Under the pieces are notes generated by a model, which ran no database searches, was not told the DNA's origin, and saw only the letters and a list, made by a program, of their open reading frames with translations. 29,608 nucleotides of DNA from NCBI GenBank assembly GCA_029974275.1, contig JARKSN010000153.1, positions 1 to 29,608 of the forward strand, in the 5' to 3' direction. Of this stretch, positions 28,546 through 29,608 are shown piece after piece. Position 1 is the stretch's first letter. Every line of letters begins with the position of its first letter. Made by a program: the position numbers and the translations under genes. Source of the DNA: Candidatus Hydrogenedentota bacterium. GTDB lineage: Bacteria; Hydrogenedentota; Hydrogenedentia; Hydrogenedentales; SLHB01.

Positions 28546-28597
28546 AAAAAAAAGCAAAAAAAATGCTTGCTATTTCGCTCGTTGTTTGCTACACACT
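28546..28597 (+). promoter_or_regulatory. Candidate strong promoter with A-tract UP element
   Basis: Two A8 tracts (28546-28553, 28556-28563) then TTGCTA-17 bp-TACACA with TGn extension; AT-rich island in GC-rich DNA. Confidence 0.6.
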
Positions 28598-28599
28598 TC

Positions 28600-29262
28600 C
28601 ACGATATGGGCGATGCAAGCACGCGCAATGCGCGCGTGCGCAACACGCCGGCGAAATTGAATCGGTGCATATCGCGGTCGCGACGGCCGCGATGCAGACG
28701 CGCACAAGCGAAACGGCAACGCCGCAGAAGCCCTGGAAAAACAAGTGCACACAGTGATGTGCATGTACAAAGCTAGAGCAGCGGCAATCGCTTCGCGAGG
28801 CGCGTGAAGAGCGCGCAGAAGACAAGACGCGCGGCCAGCGATCGCCACCCAAGCGGCGCGATCGATCGCCGCGAAAAAAAGCGCGCGAAGCGGCGCCGGT
28901 TTATCGCAGGCAAGAAGGGAACGTAGCGTCTAACGCTGTCATGGACGGAACGGAACTTCAAGAAGCCGTTTCATCAGTTCGCGAAACATCGGCATGCCGG
29001 TGGAGCGGGCATCGTGCGGCGCGGTCGCGTCGGCATCGTTCCTCATCGTCTTCTTCCTTTTTTATTTCCCTCCACATCCGCCGCGAGCGCGACGAAACGC
29101 TCGGGCGTTTGCGTACAGCCGGTCATGACGGGCGGAAGCCCGATGACTGTCCTGACTGCAGACTGGCTGCAGTTGGGACGCTAGCCGACGGGACGGCGCC
29201 TACATGGACGCCGGCGTCGTCGAGCTGGCATAGGTAGGGGTGAAAAAGAAGGAGAGTTAAGT
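28600..29262 (+). ncRNA. Putative long structured 5' leader or ncRNA (family not recognised)
   Basis: ~660 nt without a credible ORF and dense in hairpins, several with G-U pairs, between a promoter and the next RBS. Confidence 0.35.
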
Positions 29263-29608
29263 ATGGCGCTCGAAAAGAAACCCGCAGCCAAGAAGAAGGT
29301 AGCCGCGAAGAAGCCGGCCGCGAAGAAGCCGGCCGCCAAGAAGGCCGTCGCCAAGAAGCCGGCTGCCAAGAAGCCGGCCGCCAAGAAGGTTGCCGCGAAG
29401 AAGCCGGCCGCCAAGAAAGCCGCCGCGACGAAGCCGGCCGCCAAGACGACCGCGGCGAAGACGACCGCCGCCAAGAGCGCGGCCGCCAAGACCACCGCCG
29501 CGAAGACGGCTGCCAAGCCGGCCGCCAAGGCGACGAAGGCGCGCGCGACCAAGAAGACCGACGACGACGCGGAGGATCTCGCCGACGACGTCGAGCTCGA
29601 CGACGACG
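29263..29608 (+). CDS. Lys/Ala-rich histone H1-like repeat protein followed by an acidic tract (3' truncated by window; may be or be joined to an RpoD-type N-terminus)
   Basis: AAGGAGA RBS 29249-29255; MALEKKPAAKKKVAAKKPAAKKPAAKK...KTTAAKTTAAK...ATKKTDDDAEDLADDVELDDD; frame open to the window end. Confidence 0.85.
   Translation, partial: MALEKKPAAKKKVAAKKPAAKKPAAKKAVAKKPAAKKPAAKKVAAKKPAAKKAAATKPAAKTTAAKTTAAKSAAAKTTAAKTAAKPAAKATKARATKKTDDDAEDLADDVELDDD

Noticed and set aside
28077..29237. Short ORFs in the large intergenic region
   Set aside because: No RBS, atypical composition, and they overlap promoters or the SCP2 gene
28600..29262. tmRNA, RNase P, SRP, tRNA or hammerhead ribozyme
   Set aside because: Diagnostic motifs (tRNA-like ends with TTCGA loop, GAGGAAAGTCC, SRP helix-8 loop, CTGATGA..GAAA core) not found by eye
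29275..29530. 15-nt tandem repeats as CRISPR or non-coding satellite
   Set aside because: No spacers, wobble-position variation, and they encode a pentapeptide repeat in frame
29181..29552. Hydrophobic AAGF-repeat ORF on the minus strand
   Set aside because: Reverse complement of the KKPAA repeat gene, which has the strong RBS; a common mis-annotation

Overview
GC-rich bacterial chromosomal window with mostly housekeeping and transport genes. The C-terminal DAVDVQLxINAAL dockerin-like repeat suggests Candidatus Hydrogenedentota (inference). Left part: the end of the F1 ATP synthase operon (atpA partial, atpG, atpD, atpC), a DinB-family gene, a GT4 glycosyltransferase, an orphan PilT/PilU-type ATPase with an extra ~135-aa N-terminal domain, and a carbohydrate-type ABC cassette (binding protein plus two permeases, no ATPase). 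Middle part: a stand-alone rpsD with its own promoter, leader and terminator, a UvrD/Rep helicase, an archaeal-type ArgRS, a small accessory protein plus sodium:solute symporter, and a second ABC cassette with a binding protein-permease fusion and a permease carrying a ~320-aa insertion. Right part: a small Cys-rich protein, a large secreted repeat protein (3 unrecognised ~135-aa repeats, 5 x 80-aa repeats, dockerin-like tail), an isocitrate dehydrogenase-family enzyme, an alpha/beta hydrolase lipoprotein and an SCP2 protein. The window ends with a strong-looking promoter, a ~660-nt hairpin-rich non-coding stretch and a truncated Lys/Ala-rich (histone H1-like, then acidic) ORF missing from the ORF track. 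Several clean sigma70-type promoters and three small palindromic intergenic elements are visible. I saw no tRNA, rRNA, CRISPR array, transposase or prophage gene. All calls come from reading the sequence; no searches were run.
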